IMG/VR virus record: IMGVR_UViG_3300035128_000007
DNA: 43,791 nt
Strand: one strand, 5' to 3'
DNA from: a virus
A program made the position numbers and the translations under genes. Position 1 is the first letter of the stretch. Each line of letters begins with the position of its first letter. The notes beneath the pieces are model-generated. The model made no database searches and had not been told where the DNA came from. It saw only the letters and a program-made list of their open reading frames with translations. Positions 27,272 to 36,436 of this stretch are shown here, piece by piece.

Positions 27272-27891
27272 ATCAGCGAAAACTGTGCGTCAACAAGCGT
27301 ATCAACAGCGTTATACTTAATGCTCACGTAAATTGTATTAGTCCCACTTCTAGTGACGCCAACACTTACTATTGGGCTATTCGTACCAGTTGCGATCGGA
27401 ATGCCATTTATATTATCTGACCCTGTTGTGATAGTATAATTACCCGTCGCTGTTTTTTGTGCAGTCCATCCTGTAGGTGCTACGCCAACCACACCACCGC
27501 TAGGTGATACCATTATTTGCCTGTAAGGTGCCTTCTTATATTCAGGGTCAGAACTAAAACCAGTTGATACCAATATGTAGCCTTCTGCCCCATCAACAGA
27601 TCCCATCGCCTCGCCTAAGCCACCTCCAACAAGAAGTGAACCCTTACCCACTAAACTCCTGCCAGTGCCTCCGTATTCAGATGCCAGCACGCCAAGAAGA
27701 TCATACCACGTAGACGTCCCCTCATTATATATAACTAGGCGATTCTCGCCGACACTATACCCTATCGCCTTGTCCGGAATATTTGTGGATCCCTGCGAGA
27801 ACATCTGTGCAGCGTCTACGTCTCTCGCCTTCAGGTCATCGAGAATCTGCGTGTACAGCGTATCTATTGTCGGTTCGTCCCAATCTGCCAT
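27253..27891 (-). CDS. Tail fibre protein (212 aa)
   Basis: MADWDEPTIDTLYTQILDDLKARDVDAAQMF is a typical tail-fibre N-terminal opening, followed by a G/S/T-rich C-terminus. The ATG at 27891 abuts the J-like stop. Confidence 0.6.
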   Translation of the reverse strand: MADWDEPTIDTLYTQILDDLKARDVDAAQMFSQGSTNIPDKAIGYSVGENRLVIYNEGTSTWYDLLGVLASEYGGTGRSLVGKGSLLVGGGLGEAMGSVDGAEGYILVSTGFSSDPEYKKAPYRQIMVSPSGGVVGVAPTGWTAQKTATGNYTITTGSDNINGIPIATGTNSPIVSVGVTRSGTNTIYVSIKYNAVDTLVDAQFSLICNIPY

Positions 27892-30800
27892 TAGTACCCC
27901 TCCACATCCCAACTTATCAGGTTGGTCTGCCTTGTTCCTGTTTCATCGAATACTAGCGCCTTGAAGCTCGTTGGATTTGGTGTATCCGTAAAATCCACCA
28001 CGACATACCTTGGCGAAGTAGAATCAACAACCGTCCCAATTGGCGCTTTCGTGACATCCGAGAACGTCTTGTTGAAATTTATCGTTGTTCCTCCGCTGTC
28101 TCCAGAATTGCACGTCGCCATTCCTGAGTCACGCTTCTTTTTGATGTCCAGCAATACGTTAATTTTATGGACACGAACTATGTCATCATTCCCAGACCCC
28201 GTGAACGCGAGAGCAACCTTTACATACTGAAACGTCTGTGCAAACCCACTTTTTACTCCTGCCGACATATCTGTCCATGAGTCTCCAGAGTTTTCCTTGT
28301 AGGATATTGTCGCAACAACGTTTGTACTCCCTGTGATCTGTGTCTCCAGACCGTCTAATGATATGGTCGCTGCTGCTATCACAGACCCATAGTCGAACTC
28401 TTCCGAATACGCGCCTGTGTCCAACGTCGGCTCGAGATAGTATGGATATCCTGCTGTTATCTGATCGTCTGGGTTAGTCCATGAGTTGTCGTCGAAATGC
28501 TCTTCAAATGTCTCTGTCGTATCGACACACCCAATTAGATAGCCATCAGATTCTATTGTATTTGTGTGAGTCCCAGTCCAGTCAGTTTGCCATGCCTTGA
28601 CAAGAACATAATCAGGCGGCTCATTAACTGTTATAGATATCGGGGATATGACGCCAGGATTATCGTAGGTATCAATTCCACGAACCCAAAACGTATAAGT
28701 CCCGGATTCGCGCAAGAAGAAGGTGGCAAACGTCCCATTTACCTTTAGTGTTTCATCCGGGCTTTGGTAGTCATCTCCTCTGAATATTTCATACCCAACA
28801 ACAGGGAATGATCCTTGCGACGCGGACATGAAAAGGAGAACATTGTTATCGATCACCCTATAGGTTATGGAAGCAGCCCTCGGTCCCTCTATTACAAGAA
28901 TCGCATGAGTAGCATTATCTGATGCTCTCTTTGCGTCATGTGCCTTCACCCAGAAATTATGCGTTCCTGCTGTTAGCTGTCTGTATACCGCCTCTGTTGT
29001 AAGTCCTTGCGCTATTGTCACACCATCTTCCCACGAGGCCCCATACCTGACCTCGTAAAACTCGACATCTACATCCGGTATAGGATTCCACCGCAGCCTG
29101 ATGTTCTGATTCCATATTTCAGCGTAGAAGCCTGTTACATCCGATGGAGGCGCCAGCTTCCCAAGTACATTATATGTCTTGATGAATGTGGCGCTTGCAA
29201 GCGTTACTGCTACCGCCCACGGCTTAGCTTCTATCTGGAGCACATCACCCTGCTGATATCTGCCGCTCCAGTCAGTGCCACGAATCTCTCCGTAATCCCG
29301 CCAGGATTCGTCGTTTCGCTTGATACGGAGCCTCACTCCTATGGCATTCTCTATATCAAAATAGAGATTGCATTCAGACTGCCCAGCCTTGCTCAGCAAT
29401 ACCTCTGTGACATCGATGCCGTTGACAGCAGGTACCGGGCCGTAGTACTCGTTTTGTGGCGGCTCCCATGTAGGATTATATTCGGAATCGTAGAACTGGT
29501 TTACTTCATCAGTCGCGACAATCCGTATTTGTCTCTCATTTACCGGACTAAGATCGATGATCTTCGCATTCTTGCCAGGGGTTGTTGATGGCTCGTAAAA
29601 CCACACATAGTCGTATGAACTGTTATATACGTCCTGGTCCGGTAGCAACGGAGGGTTAGTCTGTAGCCTGATGAGCGATCGATTAACGCTCCCACTATAG
29701 TTATACACTTGGTAATGGTCATACGTACCATTCGGCTGTCGCAGCATAACCCAGTGGTCCTGACCTTCTGTGAATGGGACATCCCTATCAAGGGTTATGA
29801 TCGATACTCCGTTTATCGTGGATCCAGCTAACAGCCTCCCAGAGTACCCCCACTGCGTCAGATCATGAGACAACCTTATAACATCCCCTCGCGTGCAAAC
29901 CATTCCCTCTAGGTCAGTCTCCCATGATATTCGCCGGCGCCTATAGTATTGCTCTGCCGCGATTAGGTTTGCGTGGCGGTTTGCTACTGCTTTCGATGTT
30001 ACCCCAGCCAGATCTTTCCTTGCTACGTTCCCTGTTCCTTGAGCATTAGGCACATCAGCTCGGATAGTTTGAGCCTGGTAGTCATTTGCTGCGTCCAGGT
30101 AATTACACTCTATTGCGTCTACACCAGGGGCGGACAGATACTTAACCGTGAAGCTCCCTGCGACTATGTTCGGCATACCATACATCGCTACCGCTGGCAG
30201 TCTTTCCTCGTCCCATATCACCCCGAGCTTGCCGCTGGCCCATGTATATGCGCCCCTGCCGGCCATGGCGATAGTTGTCAACATTGACTCTACAGGCTCG
30301 GTCTTATCAAATACATAATCGAACGTCCATCCCTTCTCGTCACACCATGCCGCAAAGTCTATTATTGAGTCATAGTCTATTCTTGATGGGTGTAGGCCGC
30401 CGCCATAAAGCCTTCTGCCATCAGTATGACTTTTGCCCAAAGCGACATTCAGGAATGCCCATGCTGGGTTAGAGGTATACAACCTATTCCATACTTCATC
30501 AACGAAAACTGGTATTTTTGCGCTGGCTATACACGATAGTGTGTCCACTACACCAGAAATCTGCTCGCTGGCCCTGATGATGAGTCCAAGTCTTCTTTGC
30601 CCTGTATAATCGGACTCGTCACGCTGATATGAACGCAGAACACTCCATGTGAATGACGATTGATATCTGTCGTTGTCATCCTCCGGTGAATTGCGTCTTA
30701 GCCTTACCTCATACTGGCCGGCCTCTACATATCGTTGCCGAGATACGCGTACTGCCTTGGTTGTGTTGTTTGATATTATGATTGAATCGATCGACGCATA

Positions 30801-32003
30801 ATATCTCCGTGTTGGCGTTGGATCATCTCCAGCGGCATCAAAATGTCTATACGTCCAAGTTACAGTATGCGTAGCAGACGCTGGAGCGAAATAATCATAA
30901 CCCTCATCCGTGATCGTCCCCCACTCTTCACCTTCTGTGTGCTCGTTCGGGTCAGTATCTCCATACGCCACCTGAACCCAAAAAGCGCCTCCAGGCAATC
31001 CAGGTTTCCCTTCAGGGGTATACCCGGCAGACCAATAGTAGTCGTGGAACAACTCCTCGGTATCGTAGAAAAAGGACGTCCACTCCGCTGCTCCTACCTT
31101 CCTGTACTCTCCGTCGAACTTTACGTTGTGGTAATCGAGATCTCCATTATCAGCAACGTGATATAGTGTCCCTACTATGTCTATTGCGAGTATTCTTGTA
31201 TCATCGCTCGTCGTTCTGGTAACCCAACCAGCCGCAGCATTCAACTCGGATCCTACATCAAGTGTATCGACGTTCCCCGCGAACTTTGAAAGCCTGCCAT
31301 TGTAGTCGCTCCATTCAACCTCGACATCCTTGTAGCTGCTTAGCGGCGTGTCACCAATCTTGAAGTCTGTAAAAGTTGCCTCCAAAGAAAGACCCATACC
31401 ATAAACCACGAAAAGGTATAAATCGCCATTCCTGATCTCAGTATATGGCTTCATGGCTAAATCAGGGACAAACTTGTGCGTCCCATAGATCAACGGCATC
31501 GGCTGATTCAGGCGGATTCGATTGCGCGCACCACTAAGATTATATGTTGGGGACGTTTCGTCCTGTTGGCTGGATAATGCTGTTGCTTTGTGTCCTGGAG
31601 GGATGATCGAATTAACTAATGCATAACCGCCAACAACGGTTAACGCCGCCACCCCTGCTGTTGCCGCCTGGCTTGCCCAATAGCCGCCGACATACCCACC
31701 TAGATATGGAGCGGCCACAACAACAGCGAGGGACAGAATTACCCTTAACGGGTCTGAGTCTCCGCCTCCTTCCACAATTGCTCTAATAGCTACCATGTCT
31801 CCATGAGAGACAATCAACCCCATGTCTTCCGTGACATTCCCATTTACAGACACCACAAACTGACCGGCATCCACATCAATATGGCACCGAGACAAGACTG
31901 AGCCTATAGTCTCCCTAGGTAATATCTCTATTTCCCGTACTACTCTCCCTTCTTGCGACAAAACTGGATGGGGACAGTGCGTGACCTGTGCAGTCATCTC
32001 CAC
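27891..32003 (-). CDS. Tail tip/host-specificity protein: lambda gpI-like N-terminus fused to gpJ-like body with FN3 repeats
   Basis: The first ~190 aa are a small domain, then a Gly-rich hydrophobic stretch (LSLAVVVAAPYLGGYVGGYWASQAATAGVAALTVVGGYALV), then SPTYNLSGARN...PMPLIYG, as in gpI. Later NPAWAFLNVALGKSH...IDFAAWCDEKG resembles the gpJ core. 1370 aa. Confidence 0.75.
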   Translation of the reverse strand: MEMTAQVTHCPHPVLSQEGRVVREIEILPRETIGSVLSRCHIDVDAGQFVVSVNGNVTEDMGLIVSHGDMVAIRAIVEGGGDSDPLRVILSLAVVVAAPYLGGYVGGYWASQAATAGVAALTVVGGYALVNSIIPPGHKATALSSQQDETSPTYNLSGARNRIRLNQPMPLIYGTHKFVPDLAMKPYTEIRNGDLYLFVVYGMGLSLEATFTDFKIGDTPLSSYKDVEVEWSDYNGRLSKFAGNVDTLDVGSELNAAAGWVTRTTSDDTRILAIDIVGTLYHVADNGDLDYHNVKFDGEYRKVGAAEWTSFFYDTEELFHDYYWSAGYTPEGKPGLPGGAFWVQVAYGDTDPNEHTEGEEWGTITDEGYDYFAPASATHTVTWTYRHFDAAGDDPTPTRRYYASIDSIIISNNTTKAVRVSRQRYVEAGQYEVRLRRNSPEDDNDRYQSSFTWSVLRSYQRDESDYTGQRRLGLIIRASEQISGVVDTLSCIASAKIPVFVDEVWNRLYTSNPAWAFLNVALGKSHTDGRRLYGGGLHPSRIDYDSIIDFAAWCDEKGWTFDYVFDKTEPVESMLTTIAMAGRGAYTWASGKLGVIWDEERLPAVAMYGMPNIVAGSFTVKYLSAPGVDAIECNYLDAANDYQAQTIRADVPNAQGTGNVARKDLAGVTSKAVANRHANLIAAEQYYRRRRISWETDLEGMVCTRGDVIRLSHDLTQWGYSGRLLAGSTINGVSIITLDRDVPFTEGQDHWVMLRQPNGTYDHYQVYNYSGSVNRSLIRLQTNPPLLPDQDVYNSSYDYVWFYEPSTTPGKNAKIIDLSPVNERQIRIVATDEVNQFYDSEYNPTWEPPQNEYYGPVPAVNGIDVTEVLLSKAGQSECNLYFDIENAIGVRLRIKRNDESWRDYGEIRGTDWSGRYQQGDVLQIEAKPWAVAVTLASATFIKTYNVLGKLAPPSDVTGFYAEIWNQNIRLRWNPIPDVDVEFYEVRYGASWEDGVTIAQGLTTEAVYRQLTAGTHNFWVKAHDAKRASDNATHAILVIEGPRAASITYRVIDNNVLLFMSASQGSFPVVGYEIFRGDDYQSPDETLKVNGTFATFFLRESGTYTFWVRGIDTYDNPGVISPISITVNEPPDYVLVKAWQTDWTGTHTNTIESDGYLIGCVDTTETFEEHFDDNSWTNPDDQITAGYPYYLEPTLDTGAYSEEFDYGSVIAAATISLDGLETQITGSTNVVATISYKENSGDSWTDMSAGVKSGFAQTFQYVKVALAFTGSGNDDIVRVHKINVLLDIKKKRDSGMATCNSGDSGGTTINFNKTFSDVTKAPIGTVVDSTSPRYVVVDFTDTPNPTSFKALVFDETGTRQTNLISWDVEGY

Positions 32004-32431
32004 TGGTAATATCCCTCAATCCGCAGATTCATTTTTGATAGGTCGCGCGCTCGAGTGAAAACCACCCCTGTTGTCACCATTGAGTGTAGAACCCAAATTC
32101 TATGATTTACAACCCCGACAACACCAACATGCCACTTTGTGTCCTGCGCATGTGTCATTACACAGGCATCTCCTTCAGACGGAATCTGAATCCTCACGCC
32201 ATAGTCGTCGATGATGTCTCGAGGTCCGTTCCTGTTCTTCGTGTCTACCGGGAGGGCCAAGTGCTTTCCAAAAACCTCACGCAGAACTGTCTGCGCCAGC
32301 ATTCCGCAATTTCCCTCTTCATACGTACGCCCAACATACTGGGCCGACCAATGCTCAGATGGCACCTTGAGCGGTCTCTGCGTTGTATACCCAGGGGAGT
32401 CCATTGCGATTGAGGATGTCTTCGTACCCAA
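31994..32431 (-). CDS. NlpC/P60 (C40) peptidase-like tail protein (gpK-like position)
   Basis: YVGRTYEEGNCGMLAQTVL (Cys), GDACVMTHAQDTKWHVGVV (His), VLHS. Start uncertain; it overlaps the upstream gene by 50-77 nt. Confidence 0.6.
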   Translation of the reverse strand: MGTKTSSIAMDSPGYTTQRPLKVPSEHWSAQYVGRTYEEGNCGMLAQTVLREVFGKHLALPVDTKNRNGPRDIIDDYGVRIQIPSEGDACVMTHAQDTKWHVGVVGVVNHRIWVLHSMVTTGVVFTRARDLSKMNLRIEGYYQWR

Positions 32432-32852
32432 GCGCTGCTGACACGGTAAGATTGCTGACCGTTATGTCAGACAGATCAAGAGTGAATGCCCACTCTTCCA
32501 CGCCTGTTGTGTCTGTTGAGTTCACACCTTTTCGTAGGAAAGTAGACACAATCCTTGCCTGCGCGCCCTGGCCTCCATTAGATGTCTCCAGGAACCCCAT
32601 GAACTCCTTGGTCACATTACTGATGGAAAGACGGGCACGAGGTTGACCCTGCGACATGTCATCAGGCCACACAATATCGAAGCCGAGGGCTATATATGTC
32701 TCTCCGTTATGCGTTACGTCCCGATCGTTGTTTACCACCCGCGCAGTCTCTGCAAGATCTGGATGCGTTACCTCCAACAGAGACACACGCTGGCGCGTCG
32801 GTTTTATCTTATTGAGTTCCTCTTTTCCAAAGCTTGAGATCTGACGCGACAT
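32355..32852 (-). CDS. DUF1833-like minor tail protein (gpL-like position)
   Basis: VSLLEVTHPDLAETARVVNNDRDVTHNGETYIALGFDIVWPDD...ARLSISNV matches my recollection of DUF1833. Confidence 0.55.
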   Translation of the reverse strand: MSRQISSFGKEELNKIKPTRQRVSLLEVTHPDLAETARVVNNDRDVTHNGETYIALGFDIVWPDDMSQGQPRARLSISNVTKEFMGFLETSNGGQGAQARIVSTFLRKGVNSTDTTGVEEWAFTLDLSDITVSNLTVSAALGYEDILNRNGLPWVYNAETAQGAI

Positions 32853-33214
32853 TACCTATATGTCCTAAGAGTGAAACTGACGCGGATATTGTCCCAGGAG
32901 TCAGATACTGGTGACACATCGAACTTTCCGCCTTCTATGCTGACAACTATCCTCTTGTTTGATCGTGGGTCCTTCCAAAAGAACTCAGCCAACCCGTTCC
33001 CAAGAACAGACTTATGCCAGTTCAACCACACAACATACTGAGCAGCAGTGAACTGATAAGTAACCTGATACCGGTCTTTTATTTGAGAGCCCAGAAGGGC
33101 CTCCTTCTCTGGACCGGACTCCATTTGTGTTGCAAGGATATTAGGCTCAGACGAGCTTTTGAACCCCTCAACCAATAATTTCCCATAATCCGGGAATTGA
33201 ATCGCTGTGCTCAT
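32852..33214 (-). CDS. Minor tail protein (gpM-like position)
   Basis: 120-aa ORF immediately after the tape measure gene, with overlapping start and stop. Confidence 0.55.
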   Translation of the reverse strand: MSTAIQFPDYGKLLVEGFKSSSEPNILATQMESGPEKEALLGSQIKDRYQVTYQFTAAQYVVWLNWHKSVLGNGLAEFFWKDPRSNKRIVVSIEGGKFDVSPVSDSWDNIRVSFTLRTYR

Positions 33215-35004
33215 CCTCTGCTCACAGACCCACGGATCAGGTTATTGATCGGGCCACCACGTTCGATGTCTCTGGTCAAGACGTCCAGGACTATCCCATC
33301 AGCACTTACAGTGGCGCTGCTTCTTCGCACCTCTTGTGGCGTACCTTCATTTCTGATAGTCACATTGATATTCCCAGCCCCACCTGTCGGCATAACTGCT
33401 ACTGTCTCACCTGCCCTGGCGTTGAGTGCTACAGGGTGTTCTCCAACACTACCTCCGACTCGATACAGCCCTCCCCTGGCATTTCCATACAGGCTTGACG
33501 CGAAACTGCTTGCAGCTCCAGACACCGCTTTAGCTAGGGGCTCTGTGACAATCTTGCGCAAAAATATGCGCTCTATGTCTTCAGCTATCCCTTTCAGGAC
33601 ATCTCTAAATGACCTGCCAGATATGATTGCATCCTCGAACGCAGAACTGAATGTGAGACCAAGATCTCTAGCTACTGGGTCTATCTCTTTGACATTTCCA
33701 GTGAGTGTGTCTAGCTCAGCCTCTAACTTCATCAATGATTCGCTACTTATGTCACTTATCCCATCCCACATCTCGTCTAGGTCAGTGACTAGTGAAGAGA
33801 CTTTCGCATCTAGGACCATGCCCTCGATAGATTTATCAACCTCTTCTACTGCATTAGCCGCCTTCTTGAGCCCGCCTGCCGCTTTGTTTCCGGCAGCGCC
33901 TATAGCATCAAGATTAGATGCAACAACCTTGGTGGGCTTGTCAATAGTATTAATTGCATTGTATAGCTCACCATATCGCTCTGCCTGCTCCACTAGTTGT
34001 TTAGACAGCGCATTATATTGGGTCCTAAGCCCCCTTAAATTCCTGCCCCTGGCGCCAATCTTAATCCTTGTGTCGAGTGCATCAGAAACGCGCTGCAAGT
34101 CTTTCTGCGTGCGCTGTAGATCTTGATATGTTTTTTGTAAAAAAAACTCCCTGGATGCCACTGACATCTGGGATAACTGTGTATGAGTTCCGAATATAGT
34201 ATCCGTGAGCCGCTGAAATGTCGGGATCATCGTGCCTGTTACCCACTTCACCATACCGGTGAGAGCTTCAAGCGTTGATGTCGCAGCCGGGCTCAATTCG
34301 GCTGCCAATGCTTGTGCAGCACCTCTGAGAGCCGTATTGAATGTCCCAGTGGCATCGGCTACAGCGGCAAATCCTGCTGCCTGCTCATCAGTCAACGTTG
34401 CTCCTAACTCCCTGCTCTGCTCCCTCATATCCTTGATTGCCTCTGTGCCTCCTTTCATCGTCTGAAGCAATGCAACACCCTCAGAATCGAACAGCTTCAT
34501 AGCTATCCGAACCTTGTCTGAGCTGCTTTCCACCCCTTCGAGGGCATCCGTCAATAATTCAAACTGCCGTGAAGGACTTAGCTGGTTCAATGCCTGCACA
34601 TCAACGCCAAGTTCCTTAAGTGCTCCACGAGCCTCTCCCATCCCTTGAGCAGCCTCGGAAACACGCCGCGTCATCCTTTGCCAGCCCATAGTAAGGGTTT
34701 CGAATGAAACGCCTGTCTGATCGGCTACATGCTTGTATTCGCTAAGGGCCTCCACAGAGGCTCCAAGTCTGACGCCCAACTTTTGAACTTTATCTGACGC
34801 GTCTATCGTTGACTTCACGAGCGCAGAAAAACCACCAACCAAAGCGGCGCCGCCAAGTAAAGCAAACCCTTTCTTTACCCCACCAAGAACCTTGTCTGTT
34901 CTTCTTCCAAAAGAGTTTAATCTTTTGGTGGCGTCCTTAAGGTCCTTGTGAAGGCGTGCGCTATCTGCCTCCATCCTGACGACTAATTTAGCTAGATCGG
35001 TCAT
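33211..35004 (-). CDS. Tail tape measure protein
   Basis: 597 aa, helical and Ala/Leu/Gly-rich, with N-terminal TM-like GFALLGGAALVGGFSAL and a TP901-type core (VSFETLTMGWQRMTRR...). It follows the chaperone pair. Confidence 0.85.
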   Translation of the reverse strand: MTDLAKLVVRMEADSARLHKDLKDATKRLNSFGRRTDKVLGGVKKGFALLGGAALVGGFSALVKSTIDASDKVQKLGVRLGASVEALSEYKHVADQTGVSFETLTMGWQRMTRRVSEAAQGMGEARGALKELGVDVQALNQLSPSRQFELLTDALEGVESSSDKVRIAMKLFDSEGVALLQTMKGGTEAIKDMREQSRELGATLTDEQAAGFAAVADATGTFNTALRGAAQALAAELSPAATSTLEALTGMVKWVTGTMIPTFQRLTDTIFGTHTQLSQMSVASREFFLQKTYQDLQRTQKDLQRVSDALDTRIKIGARGRNLRGLRTQYNALSKQLVEQAERYGELYNAINTIDKPTKVVASNLDAIGAAGNKAAGGLKKAANAVEEVDKSIEGMVLDAKVSSLVTDLDEMWDGISDISSESLMKLEAELDTLTGNVKEIDPVARDLGLTFSSAFEDAIISGRSFRDVLKGIAEDIERIFLRKIVTEPLAKAVSGAASSFASSLYGNARGGLYRVGGSVGEHPVALNARAGETVAVMPTGGAGNINVTIRNEGTPQEVRRSSATVSADGIVLDVLTRDIERGGPINNLIRGSVSRG

Positions 35005-35240
35005 TTCTTAGGCTTCGCCATTGCTTTCAGTGCAGCCAAAGTCTGCATTGTTTCACGTGAATCACGGTCATTCTTGCTCTCATACATAAAGTCCTTTGGC
35101 TTGCGCTCCTGGGCTCCTTTCGGTCGATACACGTTTGCAAGAATTGCTGATATCTGAGCGCTATGCCAGTTGTCTCGGTCTGGGCCCCACGGAGACGTCT
35201 CATAATATGCAGCCCACTGGTCGAACTCTCGAGCGGTCAT
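35001..35240 (-). CDS. Tail assembly chaperone T-like domain (probably expressed as a G-T fusion by -1 frameshift)
   Basis: MTAREFDQWAAYYETSPWGPDRDNWHSAQISAILANVYRPKG...KPKDFM resembles the lambda gpT/DUF4035 pattern. Its frame is open upstream to the slippery site in the G gene. Confidence 0.7.
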   Translation of the reverse strand: MTAREFDQWAAYYETSPWGPDRDNWHSAQISAILANVYRPKGAQERKPKDFMYESKNDRDSRETMQTLAALKAMAKPKK

Positions 35241-35293
35241 GGTCTGTCCCAGCTCTGCCAGAGTCCTACCAAGCGAGAGGCATAGAAGGTGCT

Positions 35294-35617
35294 TTAGGCG
35301 GTTTTCAGGTGTGCTGGCTTTTTTTTGGCTTCATCTTCAGACATGCCGCTGATCTCGAATATCCTATTAGCGATGCCAAGCACAATAGTCTCAGGAAGCT
35401 GCATCAACTGAGGTATGTCATCCTCCGAAAATAGATCACACCCAGCTACAACCACCCGAGCGAGCTTGCCCCTATCAGTCTGATCGCTCTGAAACGCTTC
35501 CTGGACAGCATCTCGATCGGAAAGAGAGAGTTCGTGGATCTCGAAATAAACATTATCGTCAACGTGATAAGTCTCGCGTTTAACAGTGCACTTCTGAAAA
35601 AACTCGTTCTTATCCAT
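35294..35617 (-). CDS. Tail assembly chaperone (gpG-like)
   Basis: 107-aa acidic protein between the major tail and tape measure genes, ending ...EDEAKKKPAHLKTA with an A AAA AAG site. Confidence 0.7.
   Translation of the reverse strand: MDKNEFFQKCTVKRETYHVDDNVYFEIHELSLSDRDAVQEAFQSDQTDRGKLARVVVAGCDLFSEDDIPQLMQLPETIVLGIANRIFEISGMSEDEAKKKPAHLKTA
35318..35324 (-). promoter_or_regulatory. -1 programmed frameshift slippery heptamer A_AAA_AAG
   Basis: The zero frame reads gcc aaA AAA AAG cca (a run of 8 A on the minus strand, 35326-35319). I translated the -1 frame codon by codon to ATG 35240. It has no stop (ASTPENRLKHLLCLSLGRTLAELGQT-MTAREF...). Confidence 0.7.
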
Positions 35618-36039
35618 TAGCTTGTCGATATGTCCCCGCTAATCTTCAGCGTGAATTGAATACGTGTCGCCTCATCAATGCTCGGAACAGTACTCCACCC
35701 TATTGGTGCAACAGCAAAGTCATAAGTAATCGTGTCAGTCCCGTCTGTGAGAACAACCTGGACATTGTTGTTTGTCCCGTTGTCAACTGCTGTCACTATC
35801 GCCGCCTGCGTGGTATCGCTCAAGTCATGGTTGAACTCCGCTGTGATTTCGACCCCATCACTTAGGCCAGATATGTATTCCCTTGCCGCAGAGTCGAAGT
35901 CCGTCACATCAACCAATGGATTGGTCTTTCCTAGTCCAGACAAAGAAACGAGACCAGGGACCAAAGTGAATGCCTCCGGCGACGCCCCGTCCCCCCACTT
36001 AAAGTCAACACCACCAGCACCTATAAAATCACCAGCCAT
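35617..36039 (-). CDS. Major tail (tube) protein
   Basis: 140 aa. FKWGDGASPEAFTLVPGLVSLSGLGKTNPLVDVTDFDSAAREYISGLSDGVEITAEFNH... is the TP901-1/GTA-type major tail pattern. Its position precedes the chaperones. Confidence 0.75.
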   Translation of the reverse strand: MAGDFIGAGGVDFKWGDGASPEAFTLVPGLVSLSGLGKTNPLVDVTDFDSAAREYISGLSDGVEITAEFNHDLSDTTQAAIVTAVDNGTNNNVQVVLTDGTDTITYDFAVAPIGWSTVPSIDEATRIQFTLKISGDISTS

Positions 36040-36043
36040 CGTC

Positions 36044-36436
36044 TTATGCCTCTGTATGCCATATTGAAACAGTCATGCTACACCGATACGCGCCTACATC
36101 TGGCTCGTATACATCCAGGTCACCAACCACAAAAGCCCTTTGCACAGCAATTGCTCCCATAGAACCCTGGAAATTCTGTATGGCGTCCTTTATCGCCTGC
36201 CATAGAGTTTTCGCTCCTGAATAACTTGTAGACCATGCGTCTATTTGAATGTCTGCCGATGCGAAATCAGTCTGTCCTTCCTCAAGAGTCATATCCCTAT
36301 CCACACTATTTCTGGAATACGTGATAGCTGGATAGGTAGGATTCTGCGGCAGAATCATCGGGTATATCCTTGTCCCAGTAATTGCAGACACACCAGTGTC
36401 AGCATTCAGAAACGTAACTAGACCTGTCTCAATCAT
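36044..36436 (-). CDS. DUF3168-like tail completion/terminator protein
   Basis: MIETGLVTFLNADTGVSAITGTRIYPMILPQNPTYPAITYS...IQIDAWSTSY is the typical DUF3168 layout. Confidence 0.65.
   Translation of the reverse strand: MIETGLVTFLNADTGVSAITGTRIYPMILPQNPTYPAITYSRNSVDRDMTLEEGQTDFASADIQIDAWSTSYSGAKTLWQAIKDAIQNFQGSMGAIAVQRAFVVGDLDVYEPDVGAYRCSMTVSIWHTEA

Noticed and set aside
33197-34126. 309-aa plus-strand ORF, the longest plus ORF in the structural region. Similar long plus ORFs include 4219..5022, 3014..3649, 8568..9107, 29007..29588 and 22761..23267.
   Set aside because: They lie antisense to genes with clear homology (tape measure, methylase/TerS, TerL, C5-MTase, J-like). Their translations are Ser/Leu/Pro/Arg-rich low-complexity strings without motifs. 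They are typical shadow ORFs.
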